Assembly: GCA_030390025.1 (NCBI GenBank)
Contig: CM059431.1
Span: forward strand, 124,250,001-124,314,000
Reading direction: 5' to 3'
Source of the DNA: Squalus acanthias
Taxonomy: Eukaryota
Length of the DNA: 64,000 nt
Positions 8,068 to 22,299 of this stretch are shown here, in pieces; positions within the stretch are counted from its first letter, which is position 1, and every line of letters starts with the position of its first letter. Below the pieces are notes generated by a model. The model searched no databases, was not told the origin of the DNA, and saw nothing but the letters and a program-made list of their open reading frames with translations. The translations under genes and the position numbers were made by a program.

Positions 8068-9668
8068 TGTAGAATTCGCAATTATCGCGATTTCATTTTA
8101 ATAAGGAGAAAACACAAGTTTCGTTCAAAACAGCTTTTATTTCAACGGAATGCTGTCAGGTTTAAATTAGACACAAGCAGCCTGTAAAATGGCCGCCGCA
8201 CCGCGTGACAGAACATTCGAGACTTTTCGGCAGGCAGACAAGATGGCGTTCCAATAAACATTTTTGCAGGATCGATAACGATTCAGCACAGTGAAGACAT
8301 TACACAGGACATTATGGGTTTACAGTATAAACATCGATACTGGAATCGGTCTCCCAGGTACAAAGGAAAGCCATCAAGGGCCCATCCAAAGGACATTAAT
8401 ATGTAAACTCCCAACGGCTCTACGATGAGAGAGCCGTTAGCAGGTAGTTATACAGGACACTTGGAAGCCCCAAACCCCTCCAGGGGGAACACCGACCGAT
8501 TTAACAATGGGAGAAGTATTAGCAGGTACTCAAACATTCAGGAGTAGCCCCGAAACCCATTAAAGACAGAGATCACCCTTACAGGACTTTTTGGGCGCCA
8601 AACCTTAAACAAAAGAATGGACATTATAGTTGGGCGGGAAACGGAAGAACTGTGCACTATAATTGCAGGCCCAAACCGTCCATTCTGTCTCTTGACTCTT
8701 GATTCTTGCTCCTGCCTCGTGTTCGTGACTCTTGCCGCTTGCTGCTGTTATCATCGTGGCTGCTCCTGGGTAAAAGACTGTTGCAAAGACCTATGTTGGT
8801 AGCTGGCAGCGGAACCGAAGGCCCGGGATGAGATGAGATGAGATGAGATGAGATGAGAGGAGAAGAGAAGAAGACCTTATCCATCGCCACGGTCAGTAAA
8901 TCCCGACCGCGCCTGTAGGTCGATCAGCCAAGTCTTCTTGACAGGAAGTTCTCTTCTTTAACAAAACATATTGCATCGATGATAACTGGACTGTGCAAAC
9001 ACATCGTATCAGCGATATTGACAACGGTGCTCCACCATACCCTGTATCCAACCAACAGAGGTCTTCACTACAGCGGACGGTCCAGCCGACTGACCGAGCA
9101 GCAGAAGCAGTAAACAAGTGGGACCAGGAGATCTCCTGACCAACACGTGGGTGCTGCGGTGAAAAACATCCGATCAGCTATTCGGGATTTCTCCGAGTTA
9201 TTACGAGTGGTGAGCATGAGTCTCGGGATCCTACGAAGCTAGTTTTAGGATAGTTATTGATAGGGGAGGGTTGAAAGTTTAAGGATATTTGTAATGTGTG
9301 CCCTATTTACGTTGTGCTGGTCGTTCCTCGTTTCCCTAAGAGTGATTATAACTGTTTGTAAGATTGTACTGTCATTCATCTGTGCATATGACATGTATTT
9401 CATAATTTTAAGTATCATGCAATAAAGATTTTCCATTTCGTACCGTTCAAACCAAGTCTACATGAGTTTTATCTCCATTACTGCTCTCGCATCTAAGTCC
9501 AGTGTCTAGAACCGTAAGGGAGAGTGATTCGAACCACTCACAGGGGTGTCTAGTGTTCCCAGACTGGCTGGAGACCAGGCCTAGACCCGCACTGACATAC
9601 AGGCTGCACAGAGCCGCGTGAACCTCACAGGCCACGAGACACGCAGGGTCAGGAGAGTATCCCTTACA
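8068..9668 (+). repeat. 3' LTR of provirus A (1601 bp)
   Basis: Direct repeat of 429-2029, followed by TSD ATGG. Confidence 0.97.
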
Positions 9669-9888
9669 ATGGGAATCCCCTTTTTGATTGGTTGGACCGG
9701 CCCACGTGATCCCAGGGACGCTTCCGAACCGTGCGCGCCCCTGGGATACGTGGGCTTTACGCGGGCGTACGCCTGCAGGCCCAGGACCGCCAGAGTCCGA
9801 AGATATGGAGGCACCAGGTAGGTGTGTACTTTTTTTGTGGATTGGAGGCGTTCGCCCGCGGGAAGTCTCCGACCACAATTTCCAGTCC
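9669..9888. mobile_element. Right part of the MITE interrupted by provirus A
   Basis: Shares ggcccacgtgatcccagggacgctt with 16231-16256; ends with TIR-like ...caatttccagtcc followed by ATT. Confidence 0.65.
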
Positions 9889-11939
9889 ATTCTAAATATA
9901 CTAAATTTTTCAGAATAATAGTTAATTGTAATCATTTGTACATAGAAATTATGAAATCATACAGTTTTAAGGGGGCTCGATTGAAGCTCCTAAGCTGAAG
10001 TGTTAAATGACACAAATTAATAATATATAGATTGGAAATTACCTTTATCAGCCAGTCATGTAACTAGGGTGAGACACACTCTAACAATGGTTGAGGTGCA
10101 GAAAATTGGAAATGGCAAAGCTTTATGTTGACAGCATTTATCTCCTATCTCAGACCTAAGATATTTATCATGTCCTTTGTTTATGGCAGTGTGAAACTAC
10201 AGACATTTTTAAATCCATTAAACAAGATTGTTCCCTTAATAAATCATTCCTGTTTTTATCACAAGAGACAGTATTTAATCTTTAAAATCTCTCTCCTTAT
10301 CCATGCTGGAATAGATCTGAAAATGCAGTTTATGTCCTAGCCTATAGTACAGGATTTGTAGTTCTTAGCAGCAATGAAACATTGATTTGCTTCAGTTCAT
10401 ACAGCAAGCTTTTTTCATTATATACGAGCAGATCTCCTGTTGTACTGCTTACAGTGAGTTGGAAATTTTATAAGTACAGGAGTGTTATGCAAAATAGTTT
10501 TATTGGATCAGAGGCAGCTCTGGTATCTGGGAGCATGGGGAGGGAGTCCCAAGTCCTGCAGTATTTTGAAGGGCCTTAGGGTCTGAGAGTACTGGAAGTG
10601 GTGAGGAGGGGGGTTATAGGGCTCTTGAGAGCAAGGTCTGCAAATTCTAGAGCAGATCTTAGATTTGGGATATCTGGGTGACAGATCAAAGATCTGGAAG
10701 CAGTGGGAAGGAGACCTCCAAGGTCTGGGTGTATTGAAGGTGGTCCTGGGATCAGAGAGTACTGGGAATGCAGTCTAGGAGTTTGGCAGAACTAAGAGAT
10801 GGTCCTTGTATCCAAGAAGTTCCTGCAGAGTGGGGAACTTGGACCCAGTAGGACAGTAGAGTGGGCTTGGGAGCATTGAGAGGCCAGAGGCTGACAGCAT
10901 TTGGGGTTTATAGAGATCGGGCACTATGGGAGGAAACATAATCTATCAGCCTTGTCGGGAGGAGAACTTGGGTGTATGGGACCTGAACTACTCTTCAGAT
11001 CATAAACCACCATCTTCCCCACCACAGACCTGTCTGTCAGCCCCTTCTCCTGACACATCTATAGACCATTCTGCACCATAAATCACCAGCCAAATTGTGG
11101 CCCTAAAATTCTGTGGGAATTCTCCTGATCTGCAACTGTAAATTTGGTGAGAGTTTGGTGGAACACCAGGGAAACAGCGTGAGTTGTTGTTTTCAGCTAT
11201 TTACACTGTTTCTCCAGGGGAAATCAGAAAACTCCACAGAATTTCCAGGCTCCTGTCTTTATGTTCCTAATGTAAGTACCATGCCCGATTGGTGAGCTTG
11301 GTGAGTGTGCTGACTTATACAGTCATTAATAAACATACATAAACAAATATGACCTCATAAAATGCTCAGAAGTTAACCATGTGTGCAAGTTCCAAAGTTT
11401 TATATATACCCTTCAACCTCAAAAATGGTTCAGAAGAGAAAGATTTTTTTCACTGTATTTTCAACTGAAATAATAAAGGGGACATATGATTGACATGGAT
11501 AGCAGCCAACCAAAAGGAACAATAATTCAAACTCATAGTCCAGCTGGGTATAAACCAAGCTGAGTTTATCTTCAACCTTCAGATGAGAAAAAAAATGTTC
11601 TCAATAATAATCAATCTTTATTTTGTTTTCTGTCAAGAAAGAAACCAGAGATGCTGCTGCTAATCTCAAGTGTGTTAACTGTGAGACTTGCCTGAAATAA
11701 ATCTTTGAGAATTCAATGTGAAATTGCTTTCATGATAGGTCATTTAGCTTTCCTAGGGAGAAACTGGCAGGGGTTGGAGTAAGGCAAGGGCAGCAGCCGC
11801 CCAGAGGAGTCAATGGGACACCCACCCTATGTTCCGGGTCACACCGCATTAGAATCTTGATGGCGAGCTGCCAGCATGAAACACTCGCCACTTAGGCAGC
11901 TCACCAATTATTATTTTATTATTTTGAATGTTACTATTG

Positions 11940-13400
11940 GATCTCCTTCCACCAGCCTTTCAGACAGTGCATTCCAGATCATAATAACTCGCTGTGTGTA
12001 AAAAAAATCTCCTCATCTCCCCTCTGGTTATTTTGCCAATTACCTTAAATCTGTGTCCTCTGGTTAACAAACCTCCAGTCAATGGAAACAGTCTCTCCCT
12101 ATTTAATCTATCAAACCCCTCATGATTTTGAACACCTCTATTGAATCTCCCCTTAATCTTCTCTGTTCTAAGGAGAAAAATCTCAGCTTCTCTAGTCTCT
12201 CCACATAACTGAAGCCATTTATTCCCGGTTCCATGCTAGAATATCTCCTCTGCATCATCTCCAAGGCCTTGACATCCTTCCTAAAGTGTGATGCCCAGAA
12301 TTGGACACAATACTCTAGCTGAGGCCTAATCAGTGATTTATAAAGGTTTAGCATAACTTCCTTGTTTTTGTACTCTAAGGGTTGGATTTTCTCATTGGAG
12401 ACGAGTTGGAGGCAGAACCGCTGCTTTTCGTGTCAATGTCCCGTCTCCATCCTCGTCTGACCAACCAGCGGGATTTTCCCCTGATTGACCTTGTTAAGCT
12501 CACCCTGCGGGCTCAGCAGGCCAATTAGGGAGGAAGTCAATGACAGAGCACGTCAACGTCAGACGTGCTATCTGTCAAGACTTTTGGAAGAAGAAATGTC
12601 AGTATTTGACAGCTCTGTGAAGCTGTCAAACACTGACATTCTCTGTAGTTTGATGAGACCGTGTGTTCAGGACTCATCAAACCTTTCAACTTTGTCGATT
12701 TCAGATGACGGTTGGTTTGGAGGATCCAACAGCCAGTCTGTGAAATCGATAACGAGGATGTTGGGTCTCCCGATCTAGAGAGGCTGAAGGCTGTAGGAAG
12801 AAAACAAGGTAAGTGAACATTTTTTACACTTATCACTCACCTTACATGCTTACCACTCTACACTTCCACCCATCACTCATCTCTACATCTTACTTCCAGG
12901 TGCCTCCGACTGCCGCAGACCTCCTTCACGTCTCCTCCAACCCAACGGGGTTCTCCGAGGTCGGGAAGCCTTCACCTGTGAAGGTAAAATGGCTCTAATC
13001 CATTTTTCTGCCTGTTAGCTACCTGTTAACAGGCAGTTAAAAGTATTTAATGCCTTTCCCGCCTCCAGGAGATGGGACCCGAAGCAGCACATCTTCCCGC
13101 CTCCTGGCAAAAGGACACGGAGGCGGGATGGGGGCGGGTTTGCCATCTGTCCCCACTTTCTGCTACTTTACCAGCAGTCCCGCCTCCATGCCCGCCTCCT
13201 CGGGGCTTGGAAAATCCAGCCCTATGCCTCTACTTATAAAGCCAAGGATCCCATGTACTTTTTTGACAGCCTTCTCAACTTCTCCTGCCACCTTCAAAGA
13301 TTTGTGTACATAAACCCCCAGGTCTCTGTTCCTGCACCCCCTTTAAAATTGTACCATTTAGTTTATATTGCCTCTCCTCATTTTTCCTTCCAAAATGCAT
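11940..13400 (-). mobile_element. CR1-type LINE 3' fragment (RT C-terminus), interrupted by a MITE
   Basis: LYKSLIRPQLEYCVQFW...LEQRRLRGD; homologous to 53674-54234; continues at 13223-13400. Confidence 0.85.
12379..13222. mobile_element. Non-autonomous TIR element inserted into CR1
   Basis: TIRs gggttggattttc / gaaaatccagccc; interrupts the CR1 sequence tactcta|tgcctc; related in reverse orientation to 58645-59403. Confidence 0.7.
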
Positions 13401-13982
13401 CAGGTAGGAGGCAGAAATTGGGTGCTGTTGCAGGTTCCTAACAGCATTTGTTCTGTTAGCAAAAGAGAGAAGGAACATCTTGGAGTTGCAGGAAGATGTC
13501 TGTGGGTAGGGGCAGGGCTCTGAGGATTTCAGAGGAATCTCACTAGTAATAGCATCTCTCAGGAGTGCTCATACTAGAACAATAGAGAATCTGGCCTCAA
13601 CCACCTCCTCCACCTTGCACAGGCTGGGAGACTGACTGGGTAGGGGCTTCAATGGAATCATTGATCTCTCAGTGCTTGTTCTCCGTCACTGTACCAGGAC
13701 AGTGTAGTGCGAGTGGATCTCGACCCCTTTTTGCTCAGTACTGCACCTGGGGAACACCAATTTCCTCGGCACTTCTAAAAAGGGTACTTTAACAACTTAT
13801 GAACTGATTCCATTTCATTGTTTACAGGCATTGTGCTCTTTCAGTGTATTATTGTATTATTTTGTTGCTATGTGCTAATTTACCTGTAAATAAATCTGAT
13901 CAAGTGGTTTTAGACCACAGGCATTTGTCTGTCAGGGACAGGAGAATGCGATGGGCATCCCACTCGATCTCCAAATAATATT

Positions 13983-16420
13983 GGGCCAGAAATTTGGCTC
14001 TTGTCGGGTGAGTACGCGCTGTGTACTCACCCGTAAGGCCACCTGAAGTGCCGGTTTCACGCATGCACTGCGCATACGTGGGAAACCGGAACTTCCGTTC
14101 CCCTGAAGGAGGGGGTTCAGAAGTCGAACGTGTGCACGGTAGAGGCAGCGCGCACGCAGCGAACTTCGTTTTTTTTCAGGTTTCTCCGTGTAGCTAATTG
14201 TGGAGAAGCTGCACTTTTAAAAAGGAGGCGCAAGGCCTGTTTTTAACAAGGTAAGTGATTAATTAACTACAATTTAAACATGTTTTCAACAGGTTTATCT
14301 TTTTTACATACTTTAAAGAAAGGCAAGTTTATTTTTAGCACCGTTAAAAAGTATAATTAATTTTTTCACAAATTTACATTTTTGTTTAAAGTAGTTAATT
14401 TATGTAACTTATAGTGTAAAGTTTCGCAATTATCGCGATTCAAAATAACACAAGAGAAGCAGATTCGTTTTATCAGTTTTATTAAACGAAATGTTGTCCT
14501 GATAATAAAGGACACAGAAGCCTGTAAAATGGCCGCCGAGCATCGTGGCAGAAGCTTCCAGAAACACAGTGGGCAGACAAGATGGCGTTGAATATACATT
14601 TAGTATAAGATTGGATCATACTCGGTAAACACTGATAAAGACAGGATGCAACCCGTTTGCATTTGGAACAATAGCAAAGATATAAGTGCTGGAATCGTTT
14701 TCCTATGCACAGAAAGGATCATTGTACTGGGCAATCGAAGGCCCATCCAGACACATCAATACACAAATACCCCCCCGGCTCTACAATGAGAGAGACATTG
14801 ACGGGTGATCAAGCAAGTATTCGGGGGCCCCCAAAACCAGTCAGGGAGACGATTCATACACATCCTGGCTGGGTCAACAATGGGGAAAACATTAACGGAT
14901 AATTGGCCAGTTTCAGGTGCTACCGAAACCCGTTAAAGAGAAGACAACCGCCCCATGCTGGGAGTTTTGAGCGCCAAATATTACACAAAGGACAAACATT
15001 AAGATTTGGGCGGGAGATAAGAGGACACATCACTATAACTATAGAGAACAAATGTCCATCAGTCTCTTATTCTCCCAGCTGGCTCTTATCTCTGTTGACT
15101 CTTGACTCGGGCTCAACTCTTATCCTCTGGTACCGCTCTGCTGGACGAGCAGCCTCTTGATTTTCTCTCTGGACTTTGTTGACTCTTGACTCTTAGCCGT
15201 ACTGGTCGGTTATTCGAGTATTGGGTGGAACTCAATCGGTACGAGCCGCCCCGACAAGGGCAAGTAACAGGGTGCACCATCCCGAGTGTCGGTAAACGGT
15301 GTCTGGACCCGGAGGCCCGAAGAGACGAGACGAGAAGAAGACGAGAAGAAATTCCACGTGCCGCCACGGTCAGTAAACCCCGACCGCGCCCGAAAATATA
15401 AATACAGGACTCTTCTTTGAGTTCTACAGACTACAACCTGTGTCGAACACAGGAAGACTCTTCTTTGAATTTTACAAACGTTCCGAGTTCTGTCGAGTTC
15501 TTCATGACAACAGGGAGTCTGGCCTGCTTTTCGCAGCAGCGAAAGTAAACAAGTGGGGTGCAGAGACCTTTCCAAACACATGACAGTCAGGCGCTGCAGC
15601 GAAACGAGCCGAGTGCCTCACTTTAAAATCTCCGAAATTAAACGAGTGGTGAGCATGATTTCCGATCCTACAAATCTAGACGTAGTGTAGGTATTATTAA
15701 GGGAGGGTGTTTTAATAAGGTTAAGATATAATGTGTTCCCCTTTCTACGATGTGCCGTGTGTTCTTCATTTCCACAGACCAAGCTTTATGAATGTATGTA
15801 TACTTGTACTATCGTTGATTTGTGCCTATGACATGTATTTCATGATTTTAGACGCCATGCAATAAAGATTTCCATTTCGTACTATTCTACCGGGTCTATT
15901 TGAGTTTTTCTCTGCATTACTGCTCCCTGCACCTAAGTCCAGTGTTAGAACCGTAAGGGCGAGTGGGTCGAACCACTCACAGGTGCTTATTGCAATAAGG
16001 CTGGCCAGAGACCAGAGCAAGCAATAGTATTAGGCAACGAAGGCCGAACCTCGCACCAGCACCGTCTGAGACACATCCCCCTTACAATAGTTATTTTAAA
16101 AATGTGATTTAAAAAAAAAAATTTATTTGAAGTTTAAGTGTGGTTTTGGGGCCGATCTCTATTCATAGATTTGACAGGTCGTCCTGTCAAATCTATGAAT
16201 GAAAATGCCCTGCTCCGATTGGCTCTCCATGGCCCACGTGATCCCAGGGGACGCTTCGAACTATATGCGCCCCTGGGATACGCAAGCACTGCGCGCCAGC
16301 AGCTGCAGGAGGCCCAAGAGCCGAAGTCCTCGTGGGCCCGAAACACAACGGCAGGCGCGATAGGCAAGTACGTGCGCGATGCTTGCACCCGCAGGAAGCC
16401 GGAAAGCCGAATTTCTGGCC
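13983..16420. mobile_element. MITE (PHIS/Harbinger-type) interrupted by a solo LTR
   Basis: TIRs ggccagaaatt / aatttctggcc with ATT on both flanks; internal perfect 18-bp palindrome at 16161-16200. Confidence 0.75.
14415..16086 (+). mobile_element. Solo LTR (1672 bp) of a diverged subfamily of the lokiretrovirus-like element
   Basis: TGTAA...CCCTTACA; TSD ATAG (14411-14414 and 16087-16090); collinear blocks shared with LTR A (gcctgtaaaatggccgcc, caagatggcg, cgagtggtgagcatga, caataaagattt, ctaagtccagtg). Confidence 0.92.
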
Positions 16421-17706
16421 ATTTTATATTCTACAACTAAGGGTTAATTGTTAAACCTGGATGCTGATCCATACATGGTACGCACAAATGCACAGTTCGA
16501 TTCATAGAAGAATTGTGGATAGTGCCATCAGTGTTGGGTGACAAAGTCCAAACGTTAACATTCTGTTTCCAGAAGTACGAATATATCTACCAGAGTGCAT
16601 CTTTTTTGTTATAATTGTGCACAATTCATGGGTTTAATATCTTTGAATTTGGTACTATTATCATGAAAAGTAAAGCCAAACATGTTGTACAACATATAAG
16701 CTAAATGATTTACATTTTGACATATGTTAAAACTATCTCTGTGGAGACTGGATGATGTAGAGGATTACCACACTGTCCTTTTACATCTGATGCCAAATCC
16801 AGTTCAGACTGATGAGATGAAATTCTCCCCTCTATGTTTGCTACAAGAGCCCTATGTAAAATAAATTTGGACAATTCCCAGTTCTTAATTGGCACAAATC
16901 CACAGCAGAAATCTAATTCTGCCTTACTTGGCAAAAAATAGCAGTCTCATTTATAGAAGCCAAAGGGTAGTTAATCTGGGAAATAGAAATGTCATACTGG
17001 TACAGCTGGGTCTGGCCTTTTGAGGCTGGAATTAAGGTTCATTGTTGGATCAGCATGAAGCAAACTATATTCTGCATCTCACCAGTGCTATACTGAACCT
17101 TAGGAATTCTTTGATGCGAAAGATGCAAAAATGTTTATTTCACCAGCACTGATAACCCTCACTTTGGTGAAGACAAAAATCCCCTTCCCCAAAAGAAAAT
17201 TGATTACTCTGTCTTTTCAATAATGAGCAAGCAGAATTTAGTGTTCCATTTTGTGTAACTGTCAAAATTCACTTGAGGCATATTCTGAGAGATACAAATT
17301 AATAATGCTTATTACAATAAGAATATGCTATTTACCTGTTCAACTACTGAAATATCGATGCACATGAATTTAAAACTGTACATTAAATTCCAATATAAAA
17401 AGAGAAAATGAAATATTTCAATACTCTAGCTTCAGCACTTTGTTAAAATGTGTCCATATTTGCGTTGTTTACCAAAAGTCAGATGTTAAACAGTTCTAGC
17501 AATGCAATTATTTTACCATTCTTTTTTATGATGACTTGATTCTAAAACACTTCTGCTGCAATTTTTTTGTTCTGCATTGCCTAATTGGTATTAATTAACA
17601 ATTATCAATTCACTTTACTTCAAGAAGAAAATTGTCCTATTTAAACCAAAGACTTGTTACTGCAAAACTAATGTTCCTTAAATCATTAATTGTGCTGAAA
17701 AATATT

Positions 17707-18431
17707 GGCCCAGAAATTAAAGACGGAGCCTTCGTGCGGGGGTAAGGCTTCCCCGCGATATCTCACTGCGCGCCTGCCTTTTCATTCCGAGCTCGCACAA
17801 ACTTGAGTTTCTAGACAGCAGCTGTGCAGTGTGTGCGTATCCCACAGATGCAGTTAATTCGTGCGAGCTGTGGGATCACGTGATTCAGTTACAGCCAATG
17901 GCAGCACACCATCTTTCATTCATAGTTTTCAGAGCAAGGGCTGTGAAAGTTATGAATCTATACCCCCCAAAAGAACAGCTAAACCTCAATTAATTTTTTT
18001 TAAAAAACCATCACATTAATAAAATAAGTATAGTTAAATAAATTAACCACTTTAAACAAAAAATTAAATTTTTGAAAAAATTTTAAATCTTTTAAAAAGT
18101 TATAAAAATAAACTTACCTTTCTTTAAAGTCTCTAAAAAAGATATACCTGTTGAAAAAAATTCAAAATAATACTTAATTAACTACTTACCTTGTTAAAAG
18201 AGGGTCTTACGCCTCCTTTCTTTATGTGCAAAATCTTCCATGCTTACCTGCGCGTTCAAAACACTAAGTGCAGTGCGTGCGCGCAGCCTGTAGCGCGCAC
18301 GCGGTTCACTTAGGAACCACCCCCTTTTGAAATCACCAAGTGCCGGTTTTCAGCGCATGCGCAGTGCATGCAGAAAACCGGCAATTGGAGACAGAATACG
18401 CGAGAGTACACAGTGCGTACTCTTTGGGGCC
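17707..18431. mobile_element. MITE, near-identical to 45779-46519
   Basis: ggcccagaaattaaagacggagcc...ggggcc with ATT flanks; ~720-bp near-identical copy at 45779. Confidence 0.8.
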
Positions 18432-19096
18432 ATTGTATTTGTATCACAGGATCTCACTCAGCAACACTTATATAATCATCAAGTAAACAAGTTAAACATT
18501 GTCACTAAAAGTAATCTTTTTGGGGTTGTTTAAATCAGGGTCTAGTGCAGCCTAATGATAATTGAGAATGTCTTTGAACTCTAGAAAGCATCTATAAGAG
18601 CAGCGTAGCTTACATATCATAATTCTTTTCATTTACAAATAGTTTTGGTGGAACAAGCACATTTTATCTATTACTTATGGTGATTAGATAAATGTAAGTG
18701 TAACAATTGTTGATCATTTTTAAACTCCAAGTCAAGTGTACAAGATGACACAAAAAAGTCATACTGACAAGAAAGATAACTGATGTTAACACAGCAGGCG
18801 TGAATTTCCTCACAGTTTTCGGTGTACTTACTGTGCAGGAATGGCACAGGAAATTCTTTTAGCGAGGAAATTCAAGTGGAAGCCACTTCTGCCATTTGAG
18901 CGCCTTTAAAACACTTTCTCCAAGTTTTCTCAAACGAGATGTCCTGCGATCAGCCCACCAAGTTGCACATGTCAGATTGTGAGCCAATGGGGTTGCAGCT
19001 TCAAGTTTCTTGGCTTTACATTGTACTCTGGGTAATGTTGACTGAGATTGATGAGCTCCAGCAACTGCCAGGATCACCTGATCAAGGCAGAGATCA

Positions 19097-20863
19097 GGGG
19101 GGGAATTTTCCAGGGGGGAAATTTTCCATGGGGGTCAACGAGCGCGATTGGTGGCAGGTCAGGTGGGAAAATGGATGTTTTTGGCAGCGGATCGTGCTGC
19201 CACATGCCTTTCCCAAATGTCGAGTCTGTCAGCGCTGAGCAGACCTGACACGCAGCAGTGGGGGAGGCAATTAAGGTCATTATGACCTAGTTAACAGAGC
19301 ATTAAGAACTATTTTCAGCTCACCTTCAGAGTTTAGCTGGTCACCCACGGGGTCCACACTGCTCAGGGATCAAGTCAGGTAAGCAAGGCGAGAGTTGAAT
19401 GGCCATGGAATCATCTCATGACTTGACAGCTGCAAATGTGCTATAAAAGCTCCCATCTCACAGCTGTTCACTTTCCAAGCTCGGAAGCTGCAGCTTACTG
19501 CATTTGGAAGACCGATTGAGCTTTATGCAGCTTGCAAGTGTTTGGAGTAAACTCTCTATCCAGTGTCACCTCATTGGAACAACCCCTCTCACCATTGACA
19601 GATCGCTTCTGTCATCTCAAGTTCACCTGCCATCTATTCCATCAGCATCAGTGCCCTTGAAACTATCTCACCTTGGTCCTCAGAATCCCACCACGATCAG
19701 CCCCAACACCAGCAGCACCAGGCACACCAACAGTACCAACAACAACACCAACCTTCTCCGCAATCATCTCATGCTGCACAGAACAAAGGGCATCAGCACC
19801 CGACCACATTGCTGCCCGGGATGCCAGGGATGGCCTCACCATGGCCAGATTTACTTCACTTGACACTGTACACGCTGGCTGCCACATGATGTGCCAGGTT
19901 GGCACCACCCCACACCAACACCATAAAGCATCCCTACAATGCCCAAACCATTCCTTTCACACTCATCACTATTGTGGGGTTACTGTTATGTCTCACCATT
20001 CACTGCAACTCACTAAGCCACTTCCAAAGGTGCACATACATCTGTCCAAGAACAGAAAGTGTTGAAAATAAAGGTTTCAATGTTTGACAACATATTAACA
20101 GAAACTTTACATGAACATTGCATAAAACACCCAAGTGCCTACCCTTGTGTGTTGTTATTTGGTATGGTTGGACAGGATTAGGGTGAGTGTGATGGGTGGC
20201 TTGTGAGATGGGGAAGTGATAATGCAGCTAGAGAGGGATGGGTAGAGGTGCAAGGTAAGTTGGTATGAGTAAGGATGTGCAGGAGTAGGGTAGGGAAGGC
20301 AGAGTGATGGGGATGTGATGAGTGGCAAAGCAGGATGAGGTTGAGTGTGGCTTTGCAGTAACGTTTCGTGATCTACTGAGATAATTCAAAAGTTTGCGCC
20401 ACTGCAGCCAGGTCCTCCTGATGACATCCCTGCTTGTGTCCTCCTATGCAATGTGCAACCAGGCTGCATTGGTCTCCTGGGGAGGTCTCTTCCATCCATT
20501 GGAAGGGAAGAGAACCTCCCTGCGTGCTGTGACTCCCTCCATATGCATATGGAGGGAGTCATGGGAGAGCCTGGGTGCAGCCGTGCACCTCTGTGCAGTG
20601 ATTGTCGGTGTTTGCAGCACCTCAATGCTGTAGAACACTGACAGCACAACTGTCAAAATCAATTTGCGCATGGTCCCTTTAAGAAAACCGGCTGATGACG
20701 CTTCATCAAATGACGTCATCAGACTCGCTTCCTTCAATTGGGTGGGAAACGCGCTGGGTGGGCGTAACAAGCCCAATCAGGGGAAAATCATTTTGGACAG
20801 CAGGTTGGAGCCGGCAGCGATGTCGCCCGCCACGGACCCGCCGAGGTTGGTTAAATGCAGCCC
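19097..20863. mobile_element. Degenerate Harbinger-derived element with a Myb/SANT-like remnant (minus strand, ~20360-20560)
   Basis: Minus-strand remnant resembles the Myb exon at 25830-26060 and 50520-50700 (QWRK..N.L); boundaries approximate. Confidence 0.5.
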
Positions 20864-21279
20864 AAGGAATATGTGAGCTTGACGACTCTGGAGACTTTAT
20901 AGAGTGATATCTGCAGTTTGGAAAAAAGGTTTTTGATCCCTTGCCCCCCGCCCCCCCATTTTTCTCTACAAAGACCTGAACTTCATTCTGACTACCACTC
21001 ACAGGGTCAGCCCACTGGAAAATATTCTGACCACCCCACCCCACCCCCACCCTACCCCCACACCAACCCCACACCTTTAGCCAGGACATTTCAGCAGTAG
21101 GTACACCAGTATCATGGAGGAGAAGCAACAGCACAGGAAAAAACTACAAAATTAAATTATCATGGTACATATAAAGAAATAGTAAATTATTCTTCTGACA
21201 CATAAATAACAAAAGAAACATCAGGATAGGGACAGGGCCACTAAGGGATGCACAAGATAAACTCATAAGTAATGACAGC

Positions 21280-22050
21280 AAAATGGCTGGACTATTGAAC
21301 AGTTAATCTGCCGCAGTATTTACCAGTGAGACTAATGAGGTGGAAATGACATTAGAAGATGAGATCAAAAATAGATCTAAAGACATTTAAGATAGAAAGG
21401 GGGGAGATCATTGATAAACTAATCACCCCTGGTCTGGATGGATTGCATCCACATACATTAAAAAAAAGTTAGGGAAGAGATAGGAGAGGCACTATTACAT
21501 GTATGTAAAAATTAATTAGAAAAGTTAATGGTGCCAGAGGACTGGCGGACAGCTATTGGCCCGTAATTTGCAGTCAGCGGCGAAGCAAAGCTACTCGCCG
21601 CTGGCCCCGAAGAAAGCTGCCCATAGAGATCTCGGGAGGTTATACCTATCAGGAAAAATTGAACAGGCTGGGGCTCTTTTCTCTTGAGGTCTTTAAGATT
21701 CTGAAAGGTTTTGATAGGGTAGACATAGAGAACATTTTTCCACTTGTGGGGAGACCAAAACTAGGGGGCATAAATATATTATAGTCACTATAAATCCAAT
21801 AAGGAATTCAGGAGAAACTTTGCTACCCAAAGAGTGGTGAGAATGTGGAACTCGCTGCCACAAGGAGTAGTTGAGGCGAATAGTATAGATGCATTTATGG
21901 AGAAGCTAGATAAACACATGAGGGAGAAGGGAATAGAAGGTTATGCTGATAAGGTTAGATGAAGAGGGATGGGAGGAGTCTTGTGTGGAGAATAAACACT
22001 GGTATGGACTAGTTGGGCCGAATAGCCTGTTTCTGTGCTGTACTTTCTAT
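21280..22050 (+). mobile_element. CR1-type LINE fragments with a MITE end (21557-21630)
   Basis: PGxDGLHP-like and LERLGLFSL...RVVRMWNSLP-like degenerate segments; CR1 3' tail gggccgaatagcctgtttctgtgctgta. Confidence 0.7.
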
Positions 22051-22299
22051 ATATTTCTATATATAACTAAGGAGAGTCAGGCACCATTCAAGGAGTATAT
22101 AACCCACCAAGTATTATCCACCCCCCCCACCCCCTCCCACCCCTCCAAAGAATATAAAGGCAGCACAGGTCATATGAGGACCTCTCTAAGTGGGCAGCAG
22201 TGGTGTAACTCATTTTAAGGAAACTCTAAGCCAGCATCTTATTCAATTTGAACAAAAACAACTACTATCTGATTACTGTTGTTTATGAAAACAACAACA

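Larger units (their letters stand above)
429..9668 (+). mobile_element. Provirus A: pol-deficient (non-autonomous) lokiretrovirus-like endogenous retroelement, LTR-gag-ORFX-env-LTR, 9240 bp
   Basis: Two 1601-bp TGTA...TACA LTRs; 4-bp TSD ATGG (425-428 and 9669-9672); PBS, gag, env and PPT present; RT, RNase H and IN core absent. Confidence 0.95.
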
